From the NCBI GenBank assembly GCA_013416795.1, contig RQSC01000152.1, forward strand, positions 24,235 through 88,234: 64,000 nucleotides of DNA. Direction: 5' to 3'. The translations under genes and the position numbers were made by a program. The notes under the pieces were generated by a model. That model ran no database searches. It was given only the letters and a program-made list of their open reading frames with translations, and was not told where the DNA came from. The stretch is from Prasinococcaceae sp. CCMP 1430 (taxonomy: Eukaryota; Plantae; Prasinodermophyta). Positions 10,973-21,367 of this stretch are shown here, one piece after another. Numbering within the stretch: position 1 is the stretch's first letter; each line of letters begins with the position of its first letter.

Positions 10973-11389
10973 ATGGATCACGGACACGCCGCCGCAGGGG
11001 AGGCCGAGGGGAGCAGGAGCGCGCGCCTGCAGGCTATGCACTCGATGCAGCAGCACCAGCAGCAGCTGCGGCAGGGCGCCAACGCGCACGGGCAGGTGCA
11101 CCACGGCGGGTACGGGGGGCCGTCCGCGCACGACGGCCACGGCGAGCAGCAGCAGCACAGGTACGGCGGAGACAACGCGTGGTTCTCCGACCTGGACGTG
11201 CTCGAATACCTCCTCGCGCCAGGCCAGGGCGACGGCCACGGCGGCGCCGGCCCACACCGGGTTCGAAGGACGCAAAAAACACCGCATCGCGGCAGCAGCA
11301 ATTTTCGGCGCGCGCTTCCGCGCGCCGCCATAGCGAAATGCACGTCTCGAGTAAACGGTGGGGGCAGTTCGAGTGCGACCGTGAGGTGA
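10973..11389 (+). CDS. short Gln/His/Gly-rich hypothetical protein or first exon
   Basis: gccATGg start divergent from the ceramide synthase; QQHQQQ and HHGG runs; amphipathic WFSDLDVLEYLL segment. The 3' end is uncertain. Confidence 0.35.
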   Translation: MDHGHAAAGEAEGSRSARLQAMHSMQQHQQQLRQGANAHGQVHHGGYGGPSAHDGHGEQQQHRYGGDNAWFSDLDVLEYLLAPGQGDGHGGAGPHRVRRTQKTPHRGSSNFRRALPRAAIAKCTSRVNGGGSSSATVR

Positions 11390-11532
11390 ATGGGATTTAA
11401 CGGTGGCGTCGTCATGTCGTGCACGTGCACACGAGAATGCGGTCGCACTGCCCAGCGAAGGGCGTGCGCGCAGGAGAGGACACGACAGTCACCCGGGAGG
11501 AGCCGATACTGGGGCCTGCGCACTTCGGCCGG

Positions 11533-12316
11533 CTACTGCGCCCCTGTGCGACCGCCGGTGAGCATGTTCTCAAGAGCACGCCTGTGTGCTCTCGCGCTCG
11601 TGATGTTGCCCCTCACGCGGCACACCTCCGCCTGCGTTGCCTTGACGGCAGCCATCACCTGCCGCGTGGTGCGCGTGCACCTGTCGACGGCGCCATCGGA
11701 GGCTTCCGCCTGCAGCATGCGCATGACCCCATCGATGCCTTCGATCTGCGCCTGCTTGCTCATCACAACGAGGACGGCAGGCGCGCATTGCTCCCGCAAG
11801 TGCGCCTCGGCCGCTGCATCGTGTTCGCGGCACTGAGCAAGGGTATTGGCGCCGCGCGCACGTAGGGCATCGACTTGTGCCTCCTACGTCACCATGCGCG
11901 ATCGCGTACGCGCTGATGTCGTCAGAGCGCTACAACACCATGCGCTGTGCACAGGCGCAAGGGGAGCGCAGCATGCCGCAAGCGGCAGGGCCATGTATGT
12001 GCGCCTCGCGTGCCTTGCTCTCAGATGTCCGCTCTGCTTCTGCTATTGCTTCTTGTGCACCTTCAGCCTCGCTCTCGATGGCCTCTGCCTCGGCCGCTGC
12101 AGCGAGCGCATCGTGCTCGGCGCGCGCGCGCTCCAGCGCCTTTGCTGCGCGCTCCGCCCTCGCGACGCGCAGCTCTGCCTCAGCGCCAGCAGCCAGCGCC
12201 TCGGCCTCGGCGGCCCCGCGCTCGGCCTCCGCCATGGCGCGCGCGCGCGCATCGAGCCGCGCGCCGACGGCCGCGCAGTGCGCCTCGATTCGCGCCGCGC
12301 GAGACGTCGGCGCCAT
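11533..12316 (-). CDS. coiled-coil hypothetical protein (~217 aa), two exons joined by a probable GC-AG intron 11884-12013
   Basis: Exon 12316-12014 (303 nt, Ala/Glu heptads) plus exon 11883-11533 (351 nt) join in phase 0: ...TSESK|EAQVDALRARG.... Branch CTGAC lies upstream of the cgtag acceptor. Confidence 0.55.
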
Positions 12317-12729
12317 GACACCCCGCCCTTCCCCCCCCCCGTCCCACCGCAGCAGCCGCCCCCTCACTCGCGCTGGCGCGCGCGCTCTGTGGCCGGCTGT
12401 TTGTACGCACGCGCCACCGCTTTGAACCCCGCATATGGACGAAGAGCATCGAGATTTTTTGCCAACTTCGAATAAACGGCTGTTTGTGATTTGAAGGGTG
12501 TGTTCCCGTATTTGTGGGGACCGTTTTTTTTGTGGCGGCGCCGCCGCCGCCATGCTGGCCACCACGCGCGCGGCGCCCCAGGGGACGCGGCGAGGGTGGG
12601 GAGGGGCTTGCGCGCGCCAGACGCGCGCGTTGCGTCAGCGGCGGCAAAGGGCGGAGAACGAGGAGGAGGGATACTGCGACGGCCTTCCCCCGTCGGGTAC
12701 GCGTGCTCCTCCGGGGCGTGCATGCCGGC

Positions 12730-13722
12730 ATGCACGCGCGGAGCACGGCAGCCTCAACCTCGGGAGCGGATGGGAGGCTTCCAGGGGGCACGCACGCGGC
12801 CGCCGTGCGAGCGTGCCGGTGGGCGGCGGCTGCGGCGACGGCAGCAGCGGCGTGCGCACCAAATACAGCGCGCATTGCTGCTCTCTCGCGCGCGGATGCG
12901 GTGGTCGCCGCGGTATGGGGCGCCGCGCGTGCAAGCGCCGTGTTCCGTCACGACTCATTCGAGCCGCTGCTGGTGCTCGTCGCCTTCAGCGCGTGCCTGC
13001 TGTGGTGGTGGTGCATCGACCACGCGCTGGTGGGCAGACGCTGGGCGAAGGCCTTTCAGCTCTGCCCCGGTGACAGCTCGCTCGCACACTGGCGCGTCGA
13101 GGATGGGACGCGCTCTCGGCTGTGCGAGGTCGTCGCCGTGTTCGTCGCGCCGGTGCTGCTGATGGACGTACTCTGGCCCAGGCGGGCCGCAAAGGTGGAC
13201 GCGGCCGGCGACATCGGCTTCCTACAGCTCATCGTGCAGGTACTTGTCGGCCTGCTCGCGTACGACGTGCTCTTCGCCCTGAGTCACCTGGCCATGCATA
13301 AACATCCGCTGCTCTGGAAGATTCACGCCAAGCATCACGACCAGACGGTCGTCCGCGCACGGGACACCATCCGTCTGCATCCGTTGGATGAGGCGATAGA
13401 CGTGGGGTGCTCGATCGCGGCGGTGAACCTGATGCGGCTGCACCCCTTGGCGCGCAGCCTGTACAACGCCGTGATCATTCTGGCGCTGTGTGACCTGCAC
13501 AGCGGATGGGACGTGCCGTGCTCGCTCGAGAACTTGCTCGGCGAGCGGCTATGGGGCGGCTCGAGGCGACACCACGCGCACCACTTGGGCACGTGCAAGG
13601 GCTCCGCCTACAGCAAGTTCTTCCCTCAAATCGACGCGGCCATCGACACCGCGGGCTTGGCGGCGTCCGCGATGGCCAGCCGTGGCGCGCGCGAAGGTCG
13701 AGGGCGAGTCCCGCATCCGTAA
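12730..13722 (+). CDS. fatty acid hydroxylase / sterol desaturase superfamily protein (ERG25/CH25H-like)
   Basis: Three His boxes: HLAMH, IHAKHH, and HSG...HHAHH; TM segments. Start codon uncertain. Confidence 0.85.
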   Translation: MHARSTAASTSGADGRLPGGTHAAAVRACRWAAAAATAAAACAPNTARIAALSRADAVVAAVWGAARASAVFRHDSFEPLLVLVAFSACLLWWWCIDHALVGRRWAKAFQLCPGDSSLAHWRVEDGTRSRLCEVVAVFVAPVLLMDVLWPRRAAKVDAAGDIGFLQLIVQVLVGLLAYDVLFALSHLAMHKHPLLWKIHAKHHDQTVVRARDTIRLHPLDEAIDVGCSIAAVNLMRLHPLARSLYNAVIILALCDLHSGWDVPCSLENLLGERLWGGSRRHHAHHLGTCKGSAYSKFFPQIDAAIDTAGLAASAMASRGAREGRGRVPHP

Positions 13723-13901
13723 ATGTATGAGTAGTCCACTATGGGTTATTATGCTCTGAGTGCACAGGTACACGTGCCACGTGACCGTTCGGCGTTTGAG
13801 CGGTTTGGAGCGCAGCGCAGGTGCCGCACTCTCGCTTGGCGCGGTCAATGCAGCCCCGCGGGCGCAGCGATGGAGTCTGGAGATGGCGCGAGCCACGCCG
13901 T

Positions 13902-14378
13902 TCACTGAGCCTGCTGGGCCTGCTGCTGCGCGACTCGCTCCTTCGCCGCCGCGTCGGCTGCCGCGGCTGCCGCTTGCTGTGCTGCTCGGAACCTATTTGT
14001 CCTGTGGTGCTGCCAGTGGAAGAACTGCTGCGCGTGTGCGAGGTCCCTCGCCGCTGGGTGCTTGGCAGCCTCGCGAAAACGCGCGTCCTGCAGCAGCTCG
14101 AGGAAGTACAGAGCGTGCGGATAGCGCACCAAGCGGGCGTACTCCGGCCTCAGCCAGTATGTTAGGTAGCGCAGGTAGTTCACAAAGGCCGTGTCGGTCA
14201 GGTACTGCTCCTGCGCGAGCCAGTGCACGTACGCGGGCGATGCCAGCATCTGCACAAACTCGAGCTCCGCGCGCAACCGCTGCGAACCGCCAGGGTCCGC
14301 CTCCGCGAGCGCCGCCGCGCAGGCGGCCGCGCGCTCAGCCGCGCCGGGGCGCTCATCGGCAGTGGCTTCCGCCACCAT
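13902..14378 (-). CDS. MED31: Mediator subunit 31 (SOH1)
   Basis: RLRAELEFVQMLASPAYVHWLAQEQYLTDTAFVNYLRYLTYWLRPEYARLVRYPHALYFLELLQ is the Med31 signature. Confidence 0.95.
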   Translation of the reverse strand: MVAEATADERPGAAERAAACAAALAEADPGGSQRLRAELEFVQMLASPAYVHWLAQEQYLTDTAFVNYLRYLTYWLRPEYARLVRYPHALYFLELLQDARFREAAKHPAARDLAHAQQFFHWQHHRTNRFRAAQQAAAAAADAAAKERVAQQQAQQAQ

Positions 14379-14649
14379 CGCGCTCACCTCTCCCCTCGTC
14401 GCTCGACGCACCAAGATATTTAAAAAAATCCAGTGAAAAATCAAAAACAAATCAAAATATAAAAAGCATCCATTACTGAACCCTTTACTACGTATTACCC
14501 CAAACATCGACGCGCGCCGGCGCACCCGGCGATGACTTAATGTATTTTGATAGGGATCTTGGCGTAACCCTAAGCTTATCCGCCTGCTGCTGCTGCTGCG
14601 CTGCGGGTGCGGCGGGCGGGCGCGCGCCACACGCGTGCGCGGGCGCGGG

Positions 14650-14795
14650 CGTGTGCGCGCGTGTGTGTGTGTGTACGTGTGTGTGTGTGTGTGTGTGACT
14701 GTGTGTGTGTGACTGTGCGTGTGTGTGTGCGTGTGCGTGTGCGTGTGTGTGTGCGCGTGTGTGTGCGTGTGTGTGTGCGCGTGTGTGCGCGTGCG
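14650..14795 (+). repeat. imperfect (TG)n/(CG) microsatellite
   Basis: Long gtgtgt/gtgc run visible directly. Confidence 0.95.
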
Positions 14796-14803
14796 CCCGC
14801 GGC

Positions 14804-14959
14804 ATGGCCGTCCTGGGTGGGCGGGCCGGCCCCGCGCGGCTCGTACGCGCGACCAGAGCCGTGCGTACACACACACGCCGTGCATACACGCGCGCGAGCG
14901 GTGCGGACGCGGCGGCGTTCTGGGCGCCGCACGCGCACCTGGGCGGTGAGGTACGTGCA

Positions 14960-14992
<33 letters not shown>

Positions 14993-15520
14993 CACACACA
15001 TGCATGCATGCACATGCACACACACACACATGCACACACACAACACACACACATACCACACAGTCATACAGTCACACACACACAACACACACGCAGCACA
15101 CCGACGCGCACGCGCTCACACGCATACGCACGCACGCACGCGCACACACGTCGGGCGGCAAGGCGGCGGCGGCCGTGTGCGTGTCCGCAGGGCTGGGCGA
15201 CGCGGCAGACGTCGCCGCGCGGGTCGCGGCGGTGCAGGCGCTGCTGCCGGAGACCAACGCGCTCGCGGTGTGCTGCGCGGAGCCAGAGGTGCGCGCACGC
15301 GCGGGAATGCACACACACACACACACAACACACAAACACACACTAGCACACACACACACACAGACACACACACACACACACACACACAGACACACACACA
15401 GACACACAGCACAACACAACACAACACAACACAACACAACACAACACAACACAACACACACAGACACACACTACACACACAGCACACTAGCACACACACA
15501 CACACAGACACACACACACA

Positions 15521-15587
<67 letters not shown>

Positions 15588-17220
15588 CACAACACAACAC
15601 AACACAACACAACACAACACAACACAACACAACACAACACAACACAACACAACACAACACAACACACACAGACACACACTACACACACAGCACACTGACG
15701 CACGCGCTCACACGCGCGCGCCCGCGCGCGTGGAAACGCACCCGCGCGCCCAGGCGACGCTCGGGCGGCCCCTCTCGGCGGTGGGCGCGTCCGTTGCCGC
15801 CGAGCCGCGCTGTGCCGCGCCGGGCGGCAGCGCGCGCGGCGGCGGTCGACATCGAGGGCTCGGTGGCGCTCACTGAGGGTCGCGAGGGGCTGCCCATGGT
15901 GCGCCTCACGCACGTTTCGGGATCCGAGGCCGAGGTGTACCTCTTCGGCGGCGTGTGCACTTCGTGGACCGTCGGCGGCGAGGACCTCCTGTACGTGAGG
16001 CCCGATGCCAAGGTGAGCAGCGAAGTGCGGCTGCGGCTATGGGCGCGGGCACGGGCGCCGATGCCCTGCGCGGTCAATCACACACCTGCAACGCACGCCC
16101 ATTTGTGTGCGCGCGTGTACACACTGGCGCAGGCTGACGCGTGCTTTGCGCGTCGCGATCACCCGCACAACCCCGGCATTCCTTCCTCAAAACACGCCCG
16201 CCCAACGCGCAGTTCGACAAGTCCAAGCCCATTTCGGGCGGCATCCCGCACTGCTTCCCACAGTTCGGCCCGGGCGAAATGCAGCAGCACGGCTTCGCGC
16301 GCAATCTTGACTGGGAGGTAGCCTCCACCAGCGCTGACGTCAATCCCGACGACCCCGAGCCTTGCGTCGAGCTTGTGCTCAAGGTGCGAGCACGCGCGTG
16401 AGCATGCTCGCGGGTGAGCATGCGAGTGTGAGCGCGAGCGCGAAGGCGCGCGTACGCGAGCGCGAAGGCGCGCGCGATGGCATCCTCGCACGCTGACATT
16501 TGCCTGCGACGATGCACTGCCTGCTGCTACTCTTTGTCCCTGCTTTGCCTCCTGCTTTCTGCCCCGCCCCGCCCACCCCCAACCACGACCACTCGCCATG
16601 CACATGGCGCGACAGGACAACGAGTACACGCGCGCCATGTTTGATTACAGCTTCACCGCCGCGCTCGCAGTGACGCTCAAGGCCGACCAGCTTGTGTGCG
16701 ATATGCGCGTGGTCAACACTGACTCCAAGGAGTTCGATTTCACCGCAGCGCTGCACACTTACTTTGCGGCCAATGTGGGCGACGTGCGCGTTGAGGGTCT
16801 CGGTGGGCTGTCGTACCTCGACAAGACCGTGGACGTCAACAACCCGCCCACGAAGGAACTCGCTGAGGGCGCTGCTCTGGCCATCGAGAAGGTGCGAATC
16901 CGCGCGTACTGCCGATCGCAACGCGCACGCACCACCCGTCCGCCCATTCTGACTCTCCACGCACTCGCGCGTGTGCTTCGTAGGAGACCGACTCTGTCTT
17001 CCTTGGCGCGCCCGACGAGCTCACTCTGCGCACGGGCCGCAAGTCGGACGTGGAGATCATGCAGCAAGGCTGGAACGACGCGGTGGTGTGGAACCCCTGG
17101 GACAGCATGCCCGACTCCTATCCGCACTTCGTGTGCGTCGAGTGCGCCAAGGTGGGAACGCCGGAGAAGCTCGCGCCTGGCGAGTCGTGGACTTCCACCA
17201 TGACGCTCAGCGCCGCCTGA
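14804..17220 (+). CDS. glucose-6-phosphate 1-epimerase (aldose 1-epimerase family), probably plastid-targeted; core exons 15754-16012, 16213-16383, 16616-16891, 16984-17220; 5' structure ambiguous
   Basis: Motifs GLPMVRL...AEVYLFGG..TSW, GGIPHCFPQFG...QQHGFARN, FTAALHTYF, YLDKT, DAVVWNPW and FVCVE. All core junctions are canonical and in phase. Upstream exons 14804-14950 and 15191-15288 also splice in frame, but see findings. Confidence 0.85.
14957..15135 (+). repeat. imperfect (CA)n microsatellite inside a predicted intron (14951-15190)
   Basis: cacacaca runs between the donor gtacgt and the acceptor gtgtccgcag. Confidence 0.9.
15308..15695 (+). repeat. compound (CA)n + (ACACA)n microsatellite with a duplicated higher-order unit, inside a predicted intron (15289-15753)
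   Basis: The unit cacactagcacacaca...cagacacac...(acaac)n...cagacacacactacacacacagcacac occurs twice, at about 15340-15490 and 15485-15695. Confidence 0.9.
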
Positions 17221-17699
17221 ACAGTCTGGTCCGACGTGGCCGTCGAGTGCTTCATTGGAAATGGTCTGTCGTGCTGCTGCTAGCCCGGCTTGCTGGACAG
17301 CGTCCGATGACCGCTGGGTGCACAGCTCGCACCTCCGTGGATGTGACCCTGCCAACGCGCGCATCGCCAGCGCTTGGCACGGCGCTTGTGCCGGTAAAAA
17401 AGAGGGCGTCGCCAGATTCAGTGGGTGAGCGCATTTGCCGCGTATGCACTCACTCACAACGCGGGTGGCTCACACTCGCCGCATGCCCCAAGGTGCGCTG
17501 GCAGCGAGCAGGATACGGCTGGGGTAATCAAAAAAAGGTGACACGGTGGTCAAGAGCCGGCAGATTGTGCGTCGGGGCAGCAGGCGTTGCGACGCTCTTC
17601 AATTCGAGCCACCGCGTGCGCCTGCCGCATCACTGAGCTCCAGCAACCACAGTGCGCACTTCGCGCTTGGGCGAGCGAGCCCGGGGGAATGAAAGGCCG

Positions 17700-18512
17700 T
17701 CACTTCTTCTCGGCAGCCTCCAGCTCGGCCATGAACTTCTCGAGGTCGCCGTCGGCCTCGGTCGGCTCCACCGCCGCGGGCGCCGCGTCCTTCTTGCCAC
17801 CACCGAACGCGCTCATGCCGCCGTAGATGACCACCCCCCACGCTGCCAGAATGGTCAGCACGAACTGCTCCTCCTTCCAGCTCTGCGGGTCACTGGGATT
17901 CTCCCAGAAGTTTACCTTGGCCTCACCCTCGGCAGCTGCGATTGGCGGAGTGGAATGCGCGCGCGGGAGTCCGCGAAGTGGCGGTGGTTGTGTGTTGGTG
18001 GTGTGTGCGTGTGAGTGGTTGGGGTTGGCGGCCATTCGATGCGCAGCGCGGCGAGGGCGAGCGGAGGGCCGCAAGAGAAGGCATAGTGGGGACGCGCGCT
18101 TCGGCGTCAGCGTCGAGTCGGCGCACCCACTGAACGACTTCGTACACGCACCCACAGGCAGTTGGTGCTGTGGGCGGCAGAGCGGACCAGCGCGGCACGG
18201 CACGCAGTCTAGCGCCGGCACCGTAAGCTCGCGCAGCGATCCTGCGGCGCTCCGCAGCTCGCGTGCGCCCACACCCGCATGCGCAAACACTGCGTCCGCA
18301 TTTGCGAGCCCGGCGCAGGCGCTGAAGGGATGCCAACCCTAAATGCCAGCGCAAGCGGTGTGCGCGGGCGTGCAGCACATGGGCGCGCGCCCACACACAC
18401 TCCCATCCCCCTCGCGCGCGCACGTACCGGCAGCATATCCCCTGCGGGGCGCCGTGCTGCGCACGGTGCGCGCCGCGCCGCGCGCGACGCGCGAGCTCAC
18501 GCGCGAGAGCAT
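17700..18512 (-). CDS. small single-TM mitochondrial protein (~106 aa); exons 18512-18428 and 17935-17700
   Basis: Classic presequence MLSRVSSRVARGAARTVRSTAPRRGYAA, then KVNFWENPSDPQSWKEEQFVLTILAAWGVVIYGGMSAF. Junction G|gtacgt...tcgcag|CT. Confidence 0.75.
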
Positions 18513-18517
18513 TCTCA

Positions 18518-18561
<44 letters not shown>
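18518..18561 (+). repeat. poly-G tract (~44 nt)
   Basis: Direct reading; ends 6 nt before the minus-strand ATG at 18512. Confidence 0.9.
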
Positions 18562-18562
<1 letters not shown>

Positions 18563-18865
18563 GGAGGCTGCGCCTGCGCGCCGTGTGCCGTGCACACGCA
18601 CGCGGCCCGAGTGCGCCGCATGCGTCCCCATGGTGCCGACATTTCGCCGCGGGCCGCCCGGCGCGCGCGCCAACGTGCCACAGGCGGAAAGCCGCGGAAT
18701 GGGCACCGAAGTCGCGCGCGGAATTCCGCGAGGGATTTTTTTTTCGCAGTGGCTGTTGGGGCTGGCCGCCTGGCCCCCAGCGGAAGGCGTGTGGTGGGGT
18801 GGGTGTGGGCGCAGGGCGCTGCCACACCGCGCGCCGCCCGCGTTGCGTGCTGGGTGGGCGGAGCG

Positions 18866-21355
18866 ATGGGCGCGGACAATAACGACACGGCCGCCGACGC
18901 CGTTGCGGCCGAGGCCGCCGCGGCCGCGCTGTCAGCAGCGCTCGTGGCGGACCCGACGCTCGCGCCGTTCCTGCAGCCTGGCTACGACGCGGCGGCGTAT
19001 GCGAGCGGCGTGCTGCGCAGCGGCAGCGCCGCGAGCTGTACGCTGCAGCTGAACACGGGGTTGGGGGCGCTCGATGCAGAGCTGCGCGCCGAGGTCGTGG
19101 CGCAGTATGACCAGCTTCTCGAGGCGGTTGCCAGCCTGCGCGACACCGAGCGCGCGCTGGGCGACATTAAACTCGGGGCCGGCGCATTGCGTGCGTCGGC
19201 AGCACGGGTCGGCGCTGAGCTTGCTGAGCCGCACAGGCAGCTCGTTGAGCGCACAAGGCAGTTGCGTAATCTCTCGGCGGTGGTGGACCTCCTGCGCCGC
19301 TCAGTGCGCGCTCTGAAACTCGCAGCCAAGCTGCGGGATCACGTGGACGATGAGGGCGACGGCGGCACGGCCACAAAGGCGGCTGTGCGGCCCGACGCGG
19401 CCAAGGCTGCGCAGCTCTTGGCGGAGATCGGCGTGCTCTTGGTTGACACGGACGTGGCACGCGTGGAGGCAGTGGCCGCGCAGCGTCCCTTCATTGACCG
19501 CGCGGCTATCAAGGTCCGGGCGCAGGCGGAGGCATCGCTGCGCTCGGGCATGGAGACGCTCAGCCAGGCTGAGGTCGGCCAAGCGCTGCAAATATTTTTC
19601 AACAGCGGCGAGCTCGCCGGCGTCGTCCAGGAGCTCGCGAGGCGGTACACGGTGCAGGTGTCGCAGACTGCTGCGAATGCGCTAGATGCCACCTCGATCG
19701 CCAGCGGTACCAAAGGCGGAGGCGCAGGCCGCGGCAAGGCGCCGAGCACCTCGCAATGGCGTGAGGAGGTGTGGCAGCGGCTGACTGCTTCGATGGACGA
19801 CATGTACGCGGCGGTGGTGGCTATGTGGCACCTGCAGCGCGTAGCAGCGAAGAAACGCGATCCGATTTCGCATGCGTGCTTTCTGGATGTGATTGTGGAG
19901 GAGGGCCAGTCGACGCTCACCGAGCGCTTCTGGAAGGCCTTCACCGACGTAATTGCCCAGCACATGGCCAACGCGTTCAGGACGTCGGGCTTCATCAAGG
20001 ACGCGCTGGTGGAGGGATACCCGCGGCTCGCGACGCTATTTGACGGGCTCATAGACCGGCTGGAGCGCGACACCGAAGTCCGGGGCGTGGCACCTGCAGT
20101 TCCTGTGAATGGCCGCGCCATGCTGTTCCACGCGCTCGCGCCCTTCCGCGACGCCTTCGCGCAGGCCAGCGCCGAGCGCTATGAGAGCGCGGTCGGGTCG
20201 CTCTTCGCGCGTGGTGCAGTTCCCACTCGCGGAGCGGCCCTCAAGTTGTGTGCGGCACTGCGGACGGAGGTCGCGCGCGCTAATTCTAAGGCCGGTGTGG
20301 GCGCGGTATCCGCCGCCGCGTCCACGTATGCGAGCAGCACGGATGCCGATATGGCTGTGCTCGTCGCGTCGCCACTGTCACAGGCGCTGTACCAGCTGGC
20401 CGAGCGTGTCGAATACCATATTACCACTGGCCCAGAGACGAAGCAGGTGACCGCCGCGCCGTCGTCAACGCAGCAGCGCAACTTCAACCTGTGCGGGCTG
20501 CTGGCCGACGTCCACAAAGATGTAGCGATGCACGTGCTCACGCAGCTGCCGGCTGAGGCAGTGGCCGTGCTGTCACCCGCACTGCAGAATATGTTCGCGG
20601 CGGGGACGGACAACCTCAATCCAATCTTCCGCGCGATGGCTCAGCGGCTCGAAGAGACGCTCTTAACCATGCATGACCCGGGTGTGTACGTTGATGACGG
20701 TGCGCAAGTGGGCGCCGTGACTGAGCCAAGCACATACATGCGCAATCTGCGCAGGCAGCTGCAGGCCTTCAGTACCGACTTTGTGTCCAAGATGCTGTCG
20801 GCTGGCCCAGTTGGCAGTGTTGCGCGCACGCTATCGCCCCCACAGAAGCATCCAATGGTTGGAAAGTTGGTGCTGAAGATGGCGCGCCGCTTGTGCGCGT
20901 TCTTCGTGCGGCATGCGGCGCTCGTGCGTCCCCTTGGAGACGCGGGGAGGCTGCGCATGGCACGCGACATCGCCGAGCTCGAGGCTGCGATCGGTGAGGC
21001 GCTGGTGCCGGCTGAAGCTATCGGCGCACCCTACCGGGCTCTCCGCGCATTCAAGCCACTGCTGTTTCTGGAGACAACGAAGGTACCTGGCTCCCTGCTG
21101 CTGCACGACCTTCCAACGAGCGCTGTGCTGCACCACCTGCTCGGACGCGCTCCTGCTGCATTGCAGTCGCCTCATGCGCAATCGGGCATCACCGTTTCGC
21201 AGTACTCTGTGTGGATGGACAGGCACGCCGACGCCGACGCGGTGTCGAGAGTGCAGCAGTGCACTGACGCTTTCGCCAGGTCGCCCGACGGCGCCAGCGC
21301 AGGGGAGGGGGTGCTCGAGGCAATCAGCGCCGTGAGCGACGGCAGCGCTGCGTAA
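18866..21355 (+). CDS. COG5: conserved oligomeric Golgi complex subunit 5
   Basis: PFLQPGYDAAAYAS...LDAELRAEVVAQYDQLL; WHLQRVAAKKRDPISHACF; FVRHAALVRPLGDAGRLRMARDIAELE; YRALRAFKPLLF. Intronless. Confidence 0.9.
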   Translation: MGADNNDTAADAVAAEAAAAALSAALVADPTLAPFLQPGYDAAAYASGVLRSGSAASCTLQLNTGLGALDAELRAEVVAQYDQLLEAVASLRDTERALGDIKLGAGALRASAARVGAELAEPHRQLVERTRQLRNLSAVVDLLRRSVRALKLAAKLRDHVDDEGDGGTATKAAVRPDAAKAAQLLAEIGVLLVDTDVARVEAVAAQRPFIDRAAIKVRAQAEASLRSGMETLSQAEVGQALQIFFNSGELAGVVQELARRYTVQVSQTAANALDATSIASGTKGGGAGRGKAPSTSQWREEVWQRLTASMDDMYAAVVAMWHLQRVAAKKRDPISHACFLDVIVEEGQSTLTERFWKAFTDVIAQHMANAFRTSGFIKDALVEGYPRLATLFDGLIDRLERDTEVRGVAPAVPVNGRAMLFHALAPFRDAFAQASAERYESAVGSLFARGAVPTRGAALKLCAALRTEVARANSKAGVGAVSAAASTYASSTDADMAVLVASPLSQALYQLAERVEYHITTGPETKQVTAAPSSTQQRNFNLCGLLADVHKDVAMHVLTQLPAEAVAVLSPALQNMFAAGTDNLNPIFRAMAQRLEETLLTMHDPGVYVDDGAQVGAVTEPSTYMRNLRRQLQAFSTDFVSKMLSAGPVGSVARTLSPPQKHPMVGKLVLKMARRLCAFFVRHAALVRPLGDAGRLRMARDIAELEAAIGEALVPAEAIGAPYRALRAFKPLLFLETTKVPGSLLLHDLPTSAVLHHLLGRAPAALQSPHAQSGITVSQYSVWMDRHADADAVSRVQQCTDAFARSPDGASAGEGVLEAISAVSDGSAA

Positions 21356-21367
21356 TTATTTTGTGTA

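Noticed and set aside
15400-15670. Regular ACAAC array as a possible CRISPR or telomere
   Set aside because: It is a pure pentamer microsatellite with no spacers, in a eukaryotic intron, and is not a TTAGGG-type repeat.
14488-15913. ORFs translating as HTHTHT / VCVCVC / CCVVL repeats
   Set aside because: These are translations of CA/TG/ACAAC microsatellites, not metal-binding proteins.
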